Assembly: GCA_964476985.1 (NCBI GenBank)
Contig: CAYZDB010000002.1
Location: forward strand, 1 to 32,307
Direction of reading: 5' to 3'
From: an uncultured Acidobacteriota bacterium
GTDB lineage: Bacteria; Acidobacteriota; Polarisedimenticolia; J045
DNA length: 32,307 bases
The translations under genes were made by a program, and so were the position numbers. Shown here one piece after another: positions 1-9,500 of the stretch. The notes under the pieces are model-generated. The model worked only from the letters and a program-made list of their open reading frames with translations, was not told the origin of the DNA and made no database searches. Within the stretch, counting starts at the first letter, position 1, and each line of letters starts with the position of its first letter.

Positions 1-1134
1 CATCCACAGCTTGAGCGCGCGGAAGCGGCGGCCGAGCTGGATCCCGTACTCGTGGTAGTTGTGGACCTCGCCCTGGTCGCGGACCTTCAGGTACTCCGGC
101 ACCAGGCTGAAGGCGGCGCGGAAGGTCTCCGGCTGCCGGAACAGCAGCAGCGAGGCGTCGAACGGCGTCCAGAGCCACTTGTGGGGGTTGATCACGATCG
201 AGTCGGCGCGCTCCCAGCCGGCGAACAGGCCGCGCTGCTCGGGCGCCACCATCATCGCCCCGCCGTAGGCGGCGTCGACGTGCAGCCAGAGCGATTCGCG
301 CTCGCAGACTGCGGCGATCGCGTCGGCGGGGTCGACGCTGGTCGAGGAAGTCGTGCCCAGCGTCGCGACCACGCAGAACGGCCACCAGCCGGCGTCCCAA
401 TCCTCGCGGATCGCCTGCTCCAGCAGGTCCACGCGCATCCGGAAGGCGTCGTCGGCGGGAATGCGCCGCACGCCGCGCCGGCCGATCCCGGCGACGATCG
501 CCGCCTTCTCGATCGAGGAGTGCGCCTCGGTCGAGGCGTAGACGCGCAGCCGTCCGATCCCCGGCCGGCCGGCCAGCCCCTCGTCGCGCGCGTCGAGGCC
601 GGGCACCGCGTGGCGCGCCGCGACCAGCGCCATCAGAGAGGAGACCGACGCCGTGTCGGTGAACATCCCGTCGAACGCCTCGGGCAGCCCGACGAGCTGG
701 CGCAGCCAGGAGACGACGACCTCTTCCAGTTCGGTCGAGGACGGCGCGTTGCGCCAGAACATCACGTTGGAGTTAAGGCCCGCGGCCAGCCACTCGCCCA
801 GGATCCCCGGACCCGACGCGACCGACGGGAAGTAGGCCATGAAGCCGGGGTGCTGCCAGTGCGTGATGTTCGGTTCGATCAGCCGCGCGTAGTCGGCCAG
901 GATCGCCTCGAGCGGCTCGGGCTGCGCGGGAGGGGCAGCGGGGAGCGCGGCGCGGATCGAGCCCGGCTCGAGCCGCGGCAGGACCGGCAGGCTCTCGAGC
1001 CGGCCGAGGTAGTCCGCCACCCGATCCGCGACGCCGTGCGCCGCGGCGCGGAACTCCTCGGGCTGCATGTCGCCCAGCCCCTGCTGGGAGGGGAGAAGGT
1101 GCGGGGCGCCGCCGCCGGGCCGTTCGCTGGACAT
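1..1134 (-). CDS. PLP-dependent group II amino-acid decarboxylase (aromatic-L-amino-acid/tyrosine decarboxylase-like); C-terminus cut by window edge
   Basis: Minus-strand frame that runs off the window start, so it has no stop and is absent from the ORF track. ATG is at 1134-1132. My translation: MSSERPGG..HWQHPGFMAYFPS..TLGTTSSTSVDP..LWLHVDAAYGGAMMV..SIVINPHKWLWTPFDAS..YGIQLGRRFRALKLWM. NPHKW is the PLP-lysine motif of Pfam PF00282-type decarboxylases. GC3 bias is strong in this frame. It supersedes the Arg/Pro-rich plus-strand ORF 52..1239. Confidence 0.85.
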   Translation of the reverse strand, partial: MSSERPGGGAPHLLPSQQGLGDMQPEEFRAAAHGVADRVADYLGRLESLPVLPRLEPGSIRAALPAAPPAQPEPLEAILADYARLIEPNITHWQHPGFMAYFPSVASGPGILGEWLAAGLNSNVMFWRNAPSSTELEEVVVSWLRQLVGLPEAFDGMFTDTASVSSLMALVAARHAVPGLDARDEGLAGRPGIGRLRVYASTEAHSSIEKAAIVAGIGRRGVRRIPADDAFRMRVDLLEQAIREDWDAGWWPFCVVATLGTTSSTSVDPADAIAAVCERESLWLHVDAAYGGAMMVAPEQRGLFAGWERADSIVINPHKWLWTPFDASLLLFRQPETFRAAFSLVPEYLKVRDQGEVHNYHEYGIQLGRRFRALKLWM

Positions 1135-1201
1135 CGCGCGTTCCTCCGGGAAACCGCGCCGATTCTGCGCCTCCCGCCCGAGTTCCGGCGACGGCGAACC
1201 G

Positions 1202-1262
1202 CTCCCTACTTCGCCTTAATATCGCCTTGGCGTTCCTAACTCTCCTGTTAGCATCTAGGAAC
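1202..1262. promoter_or_regulatory. AT-enriched repeat patch in a divergent promoter: TCGCCTT x2 at 11-bp spacing, then GTTCCTA-N17-TAGGAAC inverted repeat
   Basis: TCGCCTT at 1211-1217 and 1222-1228; GTTCCTA at 1232-1238; TAGGAAC at 1256-1262; TCCCTA at 1203-1208. It shares the TAGGAAC core with the 19869-19912 array. Confidence 0.45.
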
Positions 1263-1330
1263 CGGGCCCACCGGGTCCCCCCATCCCGGGGTTCCCGCGC
1301 GGCCGCGGCGCCACGCCGGGAGACCGATCC

Positions 1331-3097
1331 ATGAACTACCCGATCTGGGACCTGCAGGGCTCCGGCCTGCTGATCGCCGTCGTCTCGATCGTCCACGTCT
1401 TCGTCTCGCACTTCGCGGTCGGCGGGGGCCTGTTCCTGGTCCTGACCGAGCGCAGGGCGCGCCGCACGAACGACCCCGCGCTGCTCGGCTTCGTGCGCTA
1501 CCTGTCGCGCTTCTTCATCCTGCTGACGCTGGTCTTCGGCGCGATCACCGGCGTCGGGATCTGGTTCGCGATCACGCTGGTCAGCCCGTGGGCGACCGCG
1601 AGCCTGATCAACACCTTCGTCTGGGGCTGGGCGATCGAGTGGACCTTCTTCCTGACCGAGATCGCCGCGGCGATGGTCTACTACTACGGCTGGGACCGGC
1701 TCTCCGCGCGCACGCACCTGGCGGTCGGCTGGATCTACTTCTGGGCCGCGTGGCTCTCGCTGGTGATCATCAACGGGATCCTGTCGTACATGCTGACGCC
1801 CGGGGCGTGGCTGGAGAACCGCGGCTTCTGGTCCGGCTTCTTCAACCCGACCTACTTCCCGTCGCTGTTCGCGCGGACCTTCGCGGCGATCGGGCTGGCC
1901 GGGCTGTACGCGGTCTTTACCGCCGGCTTCCTGCGCGACCCGCAGCTCAAGCGCACGGTCGCGCGCTGGGCCGGGACCTGGTGGGTCCTGCCCATGGTGA
2001 TCGCGCTCCCGCTCTCGCTGGCCTGGTACTTCGCCGCCGCGTCGTCCGCGGGAGTGCCGGTGGCCGAGATCTTCGGCAGCGGCTCGCCCGGCTTCCTCTC
2101 GCTCGTCGCCAGCGCCTTCGGTCCGCTCCCCGAGTCGGGCTACCCGATGGCGCAGCGCGCGCTCAAGGTCGCCCTGGCCGCGATGACCGCCGCGCTGGCC
2201 GTGACGCTCTTCGTGCTGCTGGCGCGGAGCGAACGCTACGGCCGGGTCTCCGGCGCGCTGCTGCTGCTCTCCGGGCTGTTCGCAATCGGCGGCGCGGAGT
2301 GGGTGCGCGAGGGGCTGCGCAAGCCCTGGGTGATCGGCGAGCACATGTTCGTCAACGGCGTGCGGGTGCCGCCCCGCGACGGGGCCCCGAGGCCGCCCGA
2401 GGGGTTCCCCGCCGACCGCTACACGGTCGAGGCGCTCGACGCCTCCGGGGTGCTGGCCGCGTCGCCCTGGGCCCGGCTCCCGGCGGGCTACGCGCCCGGG
2501 GCGCTGACGACGGACGCGATGGACCCGAAGAAGCTGATCGAGATGGAGGCCGCGGCGGGGCGCGAGATCTTCCGGCTGCAGTGCTTCGCCTGCCACTCCT
2601 ACGACCGCTACAACGGGATCGCGAAGCTGGTGAAGGGGAAGAGCTCCGCGACGATCGAGGGGATCCTCGGCCGGCTGGCCCGCCCGGTGAACGCGCGCGG
2701 CGAGGCCGCCCTTTGGACCGACCCGCAGCTCGCGCTCAAGACCTGGCGCGACCGGATGATGCCGCCCTTCGTCGGCACCGCGGCCGAGGCCCACGCGCTT
2801 TCGGTCTACCTCGCGACGCTGGGCGGCGGCGCGATCGAGGCGGCGGCGCCGCCGGCGACGGGCCCGCCGTCCGGCGCGAAGCTCTTCGAGGACCACTGCG
2901 CGATGTGTCACGCGCCGGAGAGCGACTTCCCGATGGCGAACTACCTCCGGGGCCAGGACGCCGACGCCTTCTACGCCGCGATCGGCCGGCTGGCGGAGCT
3001 GAACGAGCTGATGCCGCCGTTCGAGGGGACCGACGCCGAGCGGCGTGCGCTCGCCGAGTACCTGGCCGGGCTCGGCCAGCCGGCCGGCGCGCGGTGA
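1331..3097 (+). CDS. Polytopic (about 8 TM) membrane protein fused to a C-terminal dihaem cytochrome c domain; possibly CydA-like (cytochrome bd superfamily) subunit
   Basis: ATG 1331 follows GGGAGA (1318-1323). GC3 bias is strong. There are eight hydrophobic helices (e.g. LLIAVVSIVHVFVSHFAVGGGLFLVL, FFILLTLVFGAITGVGIWFAITLV). A soluble tail follows with two CXXCH motifs: CFACH (2582-2596) and CAMCH (2897-2911). The TM1 pattern H-x8-G resembles CydA TM1 (YHFLFVPLTLG); that family assignment is tentative. Confidence 0.8.
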   Translation: MNYPIWDLQGSGLLIAVVSIVHVFVSHFAVGGGLFLVLTERRARRTNDPALLGFVRYLSRFFILLTLVFGAITGVGIWFAITLVSPWATASLINTFVWGWAIEWTFFLTEIAAAMVYYYGWDRLSARTHLAVGWIYFWAAWLSLVIINGILSYMLTPGAWLENRGFWSGFFNPTYFPSLFARTFAAIGLAGLYAVFTAGFLRDPQLKRTVARWAGTWWVLPMVIALPLSLAWYFAAASSAGVPVAEIFGSGSPGFLSLVASAFGPLPESGYPMAQRALKVALAAMTAALAVTLFVLLARSERYGRVSGALLLLSGLFAIGGAEWVREGLRKPWVIGEHMFVNGVRVPPRDGAPRPPEGFPADRYTVEALDASGVLAASPWARLPAGYAPGALTTDAMDPKKLIEMEAAAGREIFRLQCFACHSYDRYNGIAKLVKGKSSATIEGILGRLARPVNARGEAALWTDPQLALKTWRDRMMPPFVGTAAEAHALSVYLATLGGGAIEAAAPPATGPPSGAKLFEDHCAMCHAPESDFPMANYLRGQDADAFYAAIGRLAELNELMPPFEGTDAERRALAEYLAGLGQPAGAR

Positions 3098-3111
3098 GGG
3101 AGGAGACGACG

Positions 3112-4245
3112 ATGATCCCGACCCTCCTCGCGGCGATCCCCCAGCTCGACCCGACCCCGCTCGCCGCCCCGGCGGCGCTGCTCTGGTTCCTGCTGATCCT
3201 GACCTTCTTCCTGCACCTCCTGCCGATGAACTTCGTGCTCGGCGGCTCGATCGTCGCGCTCGTCGCGCGGATCCGGGCCGCCCGCCCCGGCGGCGAGCAC
3301 TCGCGCGAGCTGGTGCGCTACTTCGCCAAGGGGATGCCGGTCGCGGTGGCGGCGGCGGTGTCGTTCGGCGTCGCTCCGCTGCTGTTCGTGCAGGCGCTGT
3401 ACGGCCGGCTCTTCTTCCCCAGCTCGGTCCTGATGGCCTGGTTCTGGTTCGCGGTGATCCCGCTGCTGATGCTGGCCTACTACGGCACCTACCTGCTGGC
3501 CTTCCAGCCGCATCGCCTGGGCGGCTCGACCGGCCTCGTCGCGTGGACGACCGCGATCTTCTTCGTCGTGATCGGCTTCCTCTACACCAATAACATGACG
3601 CTCATGCTGCGGCCCGACGCCTGGGTCGAGAAGTACGCGCGGAGCGCCGCCGGCCTGCAACTCAACCTGGACGACCCGACGCTCTGGCCGCGCTTCCTGC
3701 ACATGCTGTTCGGGGCGCTGGCGGTCACCGGGATCGCCGTCGCGCACTACGGCCTGTGGCGCCGCCGCCGCGACGCCGACCCCGCCTTCGGCAGCTGGGC
3801 GATGAAGCACGGCGCGCTCTGGTTCTGCATCCCGACCGGGATCAACATCCTGTGGGGGATGTGGTGGCTGATCGCGCTCCCCAAGGACGTGATGCTGCGG
3901 TTCATGGGGAAGGACATGTTCGCGACCGCCACGCTCGGGCTGGGGATCCTGCTCGGGCTGGCGTCGCTCTTCCTGATGGCGCTGGCGGTCTACGCGCCGC
4001 GGCCGGAGAAGCTGGTGCGGATCGGCTCGGGGACGCTGCTCCTGACGCTGGTGCTGATGATCCTCTCGCGCGACCAGGTCCGCCGCGGCATGCTGGAGGC
4101 CGCCGGGTTCGAGGCCAACCCGTGGGTCGAGCCGCAGTGGGGGCCGATCGCGCTGTTCGCGCTGCTGCTGGTCGCGGCGGTCGGTGCCGTGGCGTGGATG
4201 GTGCTGGCGTACGCCCGGTCCGGCCCCGGGCGCGCGGAGGGCTAG
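3112..4245 (+). CDS. Polytopic (about 9 TM) membrane protein, paralogous partner of the upstream haem-membrane protein
   Basis: ATG 3112 lies in frame inside track ORF 1588..4245, just after GGGAGGAG (3098-3105) and 15 nt after the upstream stop. The protein starts MIPTLLAAIPQLDPTPL. TM1 FFLHLLPMNFVLGG repeats the H-x8-G pattern of the upstream gene. The 5' two thirds of the track ORF is an Arg/Gly/Pro-rich alternative frame of gene 1331..3097. Confidence 0.8.
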   Translation: MIPTLLAAIPQLDPTPLAAPAALLWFLLILTFFLHLLPMNFVLGGSIVALVARIRAARPGGEHSRELVRYFAKGMPVAVAAAVSFGVAPLLFVQALYGRLFFPSSVLMAWFWFAVIPLLMLAYYGTYLLAFQPHRLGGSTGLVAWTTAIFFVVIGFLYTNNMTLMLRPDAWVEKYARSAAGLQLNLDDPTLWPRFLHMLFGALAVTGIAVAHYGLWRRRRDADPAFGSWAMKHGALWFCIPTGINILWGMWWLIALPKDVMLRFMGKDMFATATLGLGILLGLASLFLMALAVYAPRPEKLVRIGSGTLLLTLVLMILSRDQVRRGMLEAAGFEANPWVEPQWGPIALFALLLVAAVGAVAWMVLAYARSGPGRAEG

Positions 4246-4248
4246 GCG

Positions 4249-5316
4249 TTGGAACCCGAAATCGTCGACCTGCGCTCCGACACGGTGACGCTGCCCTCGC
4301 CCGCGATGCGCGAGGCGATGGTGGCCGCGCCGGTCGGCGACGACGTCTTCTCCGAGGACCCGACGATCAACGCGCTTGAGGAGCTGGCGGCCGAGTTGAC
4401 CGGCAAGGAAGCCGGGCTGTTCGTCCCCGCCGGCTGCATGGCGAACCTGATCGCGCAGATGGTCCACGTCCGGCGCGGCGACGAGGTCGTGCTGGGGGCC
4501 GGCGCGCACACCGTGCTGCACGAGGTCGGCGCGGGGGCGGCGATCGCCGGGGTCCAGTACAGCGTGATCCCCGGCAACGGCCTGTTCACGGCCGACCAGG
4601 TCGAGGAGCGGGTCAAGGCGCCGACCTTCCACACCCCGGGGACCGGCCTGGTCTGGATCGAGAACTCCCAGAACGCGGGGGGCGGGCTGATCTTCCCGCA
4701 GCCCGAGGTCGAGAAGATCGCGGCGGTCTGCCGCCGGCACGGGCTGCCGCTGCACCTCGACGGCGCGCGGATGTTCAACGTCGCGGTCGCGAGCGGGAAG
4801 AGCGCGGCGGAGATTGCGGCCCCCTTCGACTCGCTGTCGTTCTGCCTGTCCAAGGGGCTGGGCGCGCCCGTCGGCTCGGTGCTGTGCGGGACGAAGGCCT
4901 TCCGCGTCGCAGCCCACCGGCTGCGCAAGATGCTGGGGGGCGGGATGCGGCAGGCCGGGATCGTCGCGGCCGCCGGGATCTACGCGCTGCGGCACAACGT
5001 CGAGCGGCTGGCGGAGGACCACTCCCGGGCGCGGCGCCTGGCCCACGCCCTGGCCCCCTCGCCGCACCTGCGGGTCGACCCGGCCGCGGTGCAGACCAAC
5101 ATCGTGGTGGCGCGGCTCCCCGCCGGGGAGGCCGAGGAGCTGGTGGCGCGCTGCGAGCGCCGCGGGGTGCGGTTCCTGGACCTCGACCGGCGGCGCGTGC
5201 GGCTGGTGACGCATCTCGACGTCGACGGGCCCGGGATCGAGCGGGCCGCGAAGGTGATCGCCGAAGAGGCCGCGGGGCTGGCGCTCGCGTCTCACGGCCG
5301 GAGGACGGACCCATGA
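4249..5316 (+). CDS. ltaE: Low-specificity L-threonine aldolase (PLP, beta-eliminating lyase family)
   Basis: TTG start at 4249 lies 8 nt after GGAGGG (4235-4240). N-terminus EIVDLRSDTVTLPSPAMREAMVAAPVGDDVFSEDPTINALEE, plus ..ENSQNAGGG.. and ..FCLSKGLGAPVGSVLCG (PLP-Lys region), match the LtaE/PF01212 pattern. Confidence 0.85.
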   Translation: MEPEIVDLRSDTVTLPSPAMREAMVAAPVGDDVFSEDPTINALEELAAELTGKEAGLFVPAGCMANLIAQMVHVRRGDEVVLGAGAHTVLHEVGAGAAIAGVQYSVIPGNGLFTADQVEERVKAPTFHTPGTGLVWIENSQNAGGGLIFPQPEVEKIAAVCRRHGLPLHLDGARMFNVAVASGKSAAEIAAPFDSLSFCLSKGLGAPVGSVLCGTKAFRVAAHRLRKMLGGGMRQAGIVAAAGIYALRHNVERLAEDHSRARRLAHALAPSPHLRVDPAAVQTNIVVARLPAGEAEELVARCERRGVRFLDLDRRRVRLVTHLDVDGPGIERAAKVIAEEAAGLALASHGRRTDP

Positions 5317-5792
5317 CCCGGAAAACGATCGTGCTGACCGCACTGCTGTTCGCGCTGACGGCCGCCACGGCCGCGTCGCAGGACGCCCCCACGGGCGACA
5401 TCAAGACCGCGCGCGGCCTGCTCGCCGCGGAGCGGCAGACGCTGGTCGGGAAGAACCTCGCCCTGACGCCGGAGCAGGCGCAGAAGTTCTGGCCGCTCTA
5501 CCTGCAGTACCGCGGCGAGATGATGCGGATCGGCGATCGCGCGGTCGAGCTGCTCGAGACCATGACGAAGAGCGCCGACGCGATGGACGACAAGACCGCG
5601 CAGGGGATCCTCAAGGAGTACCTGTTCCTCAAGCAGCAGGAGTGGGAGCTGAAGTCGCGCTGGCGTGGCCGCTTCGAAACGGCGATCCCGCCGGCCAAGG
5701 TCCTGCGCTTCTACCAGATCGAGAACACGATCGACACCACGGTCGCGTCCGAGGTCTCGGGGATGACGCCGCTGGTGCTGCCGAAGAAGTAG
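5313..5792 (+). CDS. Small secreted/periplasmic helical protein with one LTXXQ motif (Spy/CpxP-like at best); function unknown
   Basis: ATG 5313 overlaps the ltaE stop (ATGA) and lies 7 nt after GGAGGA (5300-5305). Signal peptide: MTRKTIVLTALLFALTAATAASQ. LALTPEQAQKF carries an LTXXQ motif. It is in frame inside track ORF 4884..5792, whose 5' part is an alternative frame of ltaE. Confidence 0.7.
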   Translation: MTRKTIVLTALLFALTAATAASQDAPTGDIKTARGLLAAERQTLVGKNLALTPEQAQKFWPLYLQYRGEMMRIGDRAVELLETMTKSADAMDDKTAQGILKEYLFLKQQEWELKSRWRGRFETAIPPAKVLRFYQIENTIDTTVASEVSGMTPLVLPKK

Positions 5793-6357
5793 GCCGACCG
5801 GGGCGGCGCGGCCTGGCGGTGCTCGGCTGCCGGCCACGGGAAGGCGACCGAGGCAGCAGTCTGCGCTCCTGGTGGGATCAGGCCCATCGCCGGCGCGGCA
5901 CACCACGCGCGGGATGCACTCGGTACGCTGCTTCGGGGGTCGATGGTCCGGCGAATGTCGCAGACCCATTGAGTGCGGGAAAGGCTTGTCAAAGTGCGAC
6001 TCACTGGTCGCCGATCTGTTGCCGCGGACTGCCCTGCTGGCGCCGTCCTGTAAGTGTGACAACGTGTGAATCCTGCGAACTCGTCACGACGCTCCCCTTG
6101 CCTTTGCGATCCGGTCAGCGTCCAATCGTGACGAAACAAGGGGGCCGCGCACGACGGGACCGGCTGGCCGGCTCCGGTGAGAGGGTGTAGTGCTCACGGC
6201 GGAATCACCTCGTTGGTGGCCCTCGCGAGCATCCGCCAGGGGCTCCGCGTATCGCGATGAACCGAACGTTGGTCGGTCCGTCGGTCCGGAAGCGGCTCCG
6301 ACCCTTGCGGCGCCCGCCCACCGCGCGTTGCGGCCGGCCCAGTGCGACTTGGGCACT

Positions 6358-6389
6358 GTCCGAGTCAGCGCGGAGTCGGGCGCTCGGAC
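6358..6389 (+). promoter_or_regulatory. Hairpin in the rhs 5' leader, 11 nt upstream of the SD
   Basis: GTCCGAG (6358-6364) pairs with CTCGGAC (6383-6389), leaving an 18-nt loop. Function is unknown. Confidence 0.25.
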
Positions 6390-6410
6390 TGCAGAAGTCT
6401 AGGAGGGGAG

Positions 6411-6503
6411 ATGAAGAACGACCACAATCGACGGCGCATCGAACGCGGCCACGCGTTCGGCCTGCTGCTGTTCCTCATGATCCTGCCCGTCTGCGCGTTC
6501 GCG
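6411..6503 (+). other. Predicted Sec signal peptide of the Rhs protein (AFA/VA cleavage); not a canonical lipobox
   Basis: A positively charged n-region (RRRIER) is followed by the hydrophobic core FGLLLFLMILPV and then CAFA-VAQ. LPVC does not fit the L-[AS]-[GA]-C lipobox. Confidence 0.6.
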
Positions 6504-9500
6504 GTCGCGCAGGAGTCACCGCCCCCTCCCGCGGCGCCGCCGGGGGGTGGAGAGGACCCTCCTGGCGGCGGCGGTACCGGTGGCGTGTCCTCCATCACGG
6601 ATCTCACCGTCTACGATCACCTCAGCCTCGTTGCGCGAGCGCCGGGAATCCCCGAGGGATCGATCTTCGCAGGATTCGAGAACTCCGAGTCGGTCCAGGC
6701 GTTCAGCGGGAACCTCCTCGTCACGCACCCGAGCAGCCCCTCGTTTCCACTCGACGGAGGCGGCAGCTTCAGCCTTTCGCGCAGCTACAACAGCTCGCGG
6801 ACCCTGGAGATCGCGAACAGGGGCGCCGACGATGTCTACAAGCGATTCGCGCACGGCCGAAGCTGGGTCGGATACGGTTGGACGATGCATCTGGGGCGGG
6901 TCTTCAAGCGCGCAAAGATGCCGGACCGCAAGGAGCAAGACCACCTGAATGAGCTCTACTGTTATCACGACCGGGAGTTCGTCTTCGAGGATGGGGCGGG
7001 TACGCAAACGGTGTTTAACGAGAAGGAGCCGGACCCGGTGCGGTCTGCCGTTCAAGAACGCCCGATTCTCAAGGTTCGGTTCTTTCGGAAGCCAGGACAG
7101 GAATGCGAGTTCGGAAGTCGCCGGCCGCTCTGGTGCGATACCCCCAACCGCTCGTCGCTGCCCGAATGCGACCACTTCGACAATGACTGCGAGACGACGA
7201 CGGACGGCACGGCCCACTATGAGGTCACGCTGGAAGATGGCTCGATCCTTCGGCTGGAGAAGCGGGTCGACGAAGTTACGAACGACCTGGGCTTCATCAA
7301 GAACGCCGACCGCAGCGGCTGGTACACCACGCGCATCACGTTCCTCTCCGGCGCGGCGCTTCGAGTGGCGTATCACGACAGCACGGCGTTTCCCGAAGCC
7401 ATCTACAAGGTGCAGTCGGAACGTGATCAGACAGTCACGATCCAAACGACTCTGTGCGCGTCCGACGCCCATTGCTGCGCACCCGGCGCAGCCTGCAGCG
7501 CCGGCTCGGGCCTTACGGGCCTCTTGAAGACCGTCACGGCAACGGGACCAGGCGGCCAGACGGTCACCTACGAATACTCATATGAAGCCATGTCTCTCAA
7601 CGATGTCGGCGGACCGACGACTGTTCCCGTGCTGCGGCAGGTCAAGCTACCGGTGGTCGGAGGACAGAGCGCCGGGTCGATCCAGTACACCTACCGACCC
7701 AGCTATCAGCCGGAGGGCGCCGGGCCGGGCGAGCCGGGGACGGGTCCGCTCCTCGAGCGCCTGATCTATCCGCTGAATGGCGAGGCGAAGTACGAATACG
7801 GCGCGTGGTACTGCGGTCCCAAGAAGTCCGGCGCACCGTCGGAAACCTACGAGTGCTATCAGCCCGGGTCGCGCCGGTGCTTTGGAGTGACCGGTCGCAC
7901 CCTCTTCCCCGCCGGCAGCGGTGGCACCGAACCACCGGCTCGCGCCGATTGGCGCTGGGACCGGGACATCTCCTACACGGGGCTCTGCCCGGCGAGCAGC
8001 GGTAACTCATGTCAACCCGCCTTCGCAGAGAACAACCGATTCGTGATGCGCGGTCCTGACGGACGGACGACAATCAGCGAGTTCGAGTCACCCGTTGCAT
8101 GCGGTTTGGGAATCAACAAACTCGTGGGACGCATCAAGGCGGAGGAGTCCTATGACGGCGATGGCACGGCAGTGGCCACCCGCCTGCGTCGTGTCACCCA
8201 CGCCTACATGTATCCGCTGGAGCAGGCCGTCGAGACGGAGTTCTACGACGGACCCTCGGCCTGCGACGATGGGGTGGCAGCCAGTCCCGCACGGATGCGC
8301 ACCGAGCGCTTCGAGACGAGCGAGTGGGGCGAGTGGAACCTGACGGTCGTGAGCGGCGACTACCTGCCGGCAGAGGTCAAGCGCCGGTCGTACGTCGCGC
8401 ACGACGATCCGAAGACCATGCCCCCGTCCCGGCTCGAGAAGCATGTCGTGGGCCGGTTCGGGCGGGCCTATGTGGAAGAAGGCCGTTTCCAAGATCCTGG
8501 ACGCTACGAAGTGATGTACTGGCACGAGGGAGATCTCGGCTACGGCGGTGAATACAAGGGCCGACTGCTGCAGGTGGCGGCCGTCGCGTCCTATCAGACC
8601 GTCGGAACGACCATCGACACGACGGCCAATCCTCCGGCCGTGCAGACACCGGAGCCCCCGAGCACTCCGGAATCGCCCCCGAACCTGCGTTCAGTGCTCA
8701 GTTACGACGCCTCGAAGGGCAATCTGGCCCAAGTCGTGTTTTCCGGAGGAGACTCGAACGCGACGTACACCGTCGACTACACCTGGGACCAGGCGATGGC
8801 CAAGACGATGAAGCTGACGGCCTTGACCTACAACAGCCGCGAGATCGTCCCCGATCGAGGAGCGGTCTCGGCAGCGATCGATCCGAACGGCCTCCGCACC
8901 GATTTCGGCTGGGACGCCCTGGGCCGGATCAAGAGCCTCACCCCGCCCGGACCCGAGTACGCGACGCGAGTGGCCTATCCGTCGTTGCTCGAGACCCGCG
9001 TCATCCGTTCGCCAGGCGCGGAAACCGCGCCCACGACCGATCCGGAGCAGGTGTACTCCGACCAGCGTTACGACGGTCTCGGCCGGACAATCGAGCGACG
9101 TAAGACGGTGCAGGGCTGGACGGCGCTGCAGGTCGTCCGGTATGACGCTCTCGGCCGCGAGATCTTCGTCTCCGAGTGGCTGACCCAGTCCGAATTCGAC
9201 ACGGCACCGAAGATCGTGTGGCAAGACGCCATGGATCCGGATGGAACGGGCCCACGAAGTTGGAGCCACAAGGTCGTCGACATCCCGACGAAGGACGGGC
9301 GCCCGTGGGGCACCGTGACCTACTACGGCGTGCCGTCGGCGACGGCACCCGACAACCCGCTTCGCGCCATCCCCGACGGCCTCGGCCGGGTCCGTCGCGT
9401 CGTTCAGGCCGACGGCTCGATCGTCGACACCGAGTACTGCGGCCCGCACGAGACGGTGACCGTGCACGGGGTGGACCGCAACGGCGATGGCGTTGCAGCG

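Noticed and set aside
52-1239. 395-aa plus-strand ORF covering the left edge
   Set aside because: The translation is Arg/Gly/Pro/Ala/Asp-rich and low in complexity, with no motif. The opposite strand encodes a textbook PLP decarboxylase (HVDAAYGG, NPHKW) with strong GC3 bias. This is a typical shadow ORF in high-GC DNA.
773-5343. Long minus-strand ORFs 773..2911 and 2971..5343 and nested ORFs (3045..3593, 3756..4379, 4242..4928, 4775..5404, 4814..5209)
   Set aside because: They are antisense or alternative frames of well-supported genes (the haem-membrane pair and ltaE). Their composition is dominated by Arg/Pro/Gly/Ala, and they lack SD, signal or domain motifs.
6342-6410. GTG 6342 as the rhs start (23 extra codons), and analogous 5' extensions of track ORFs 1588, 4884, 20186, 22538, 27263 and 28984
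   Set aside because: In each case an internal ATG directly preceded by a good SD starts a signal peptide or conserved N-terminus. The extension overlaps the previous gene or is Arg/Gly-rich.
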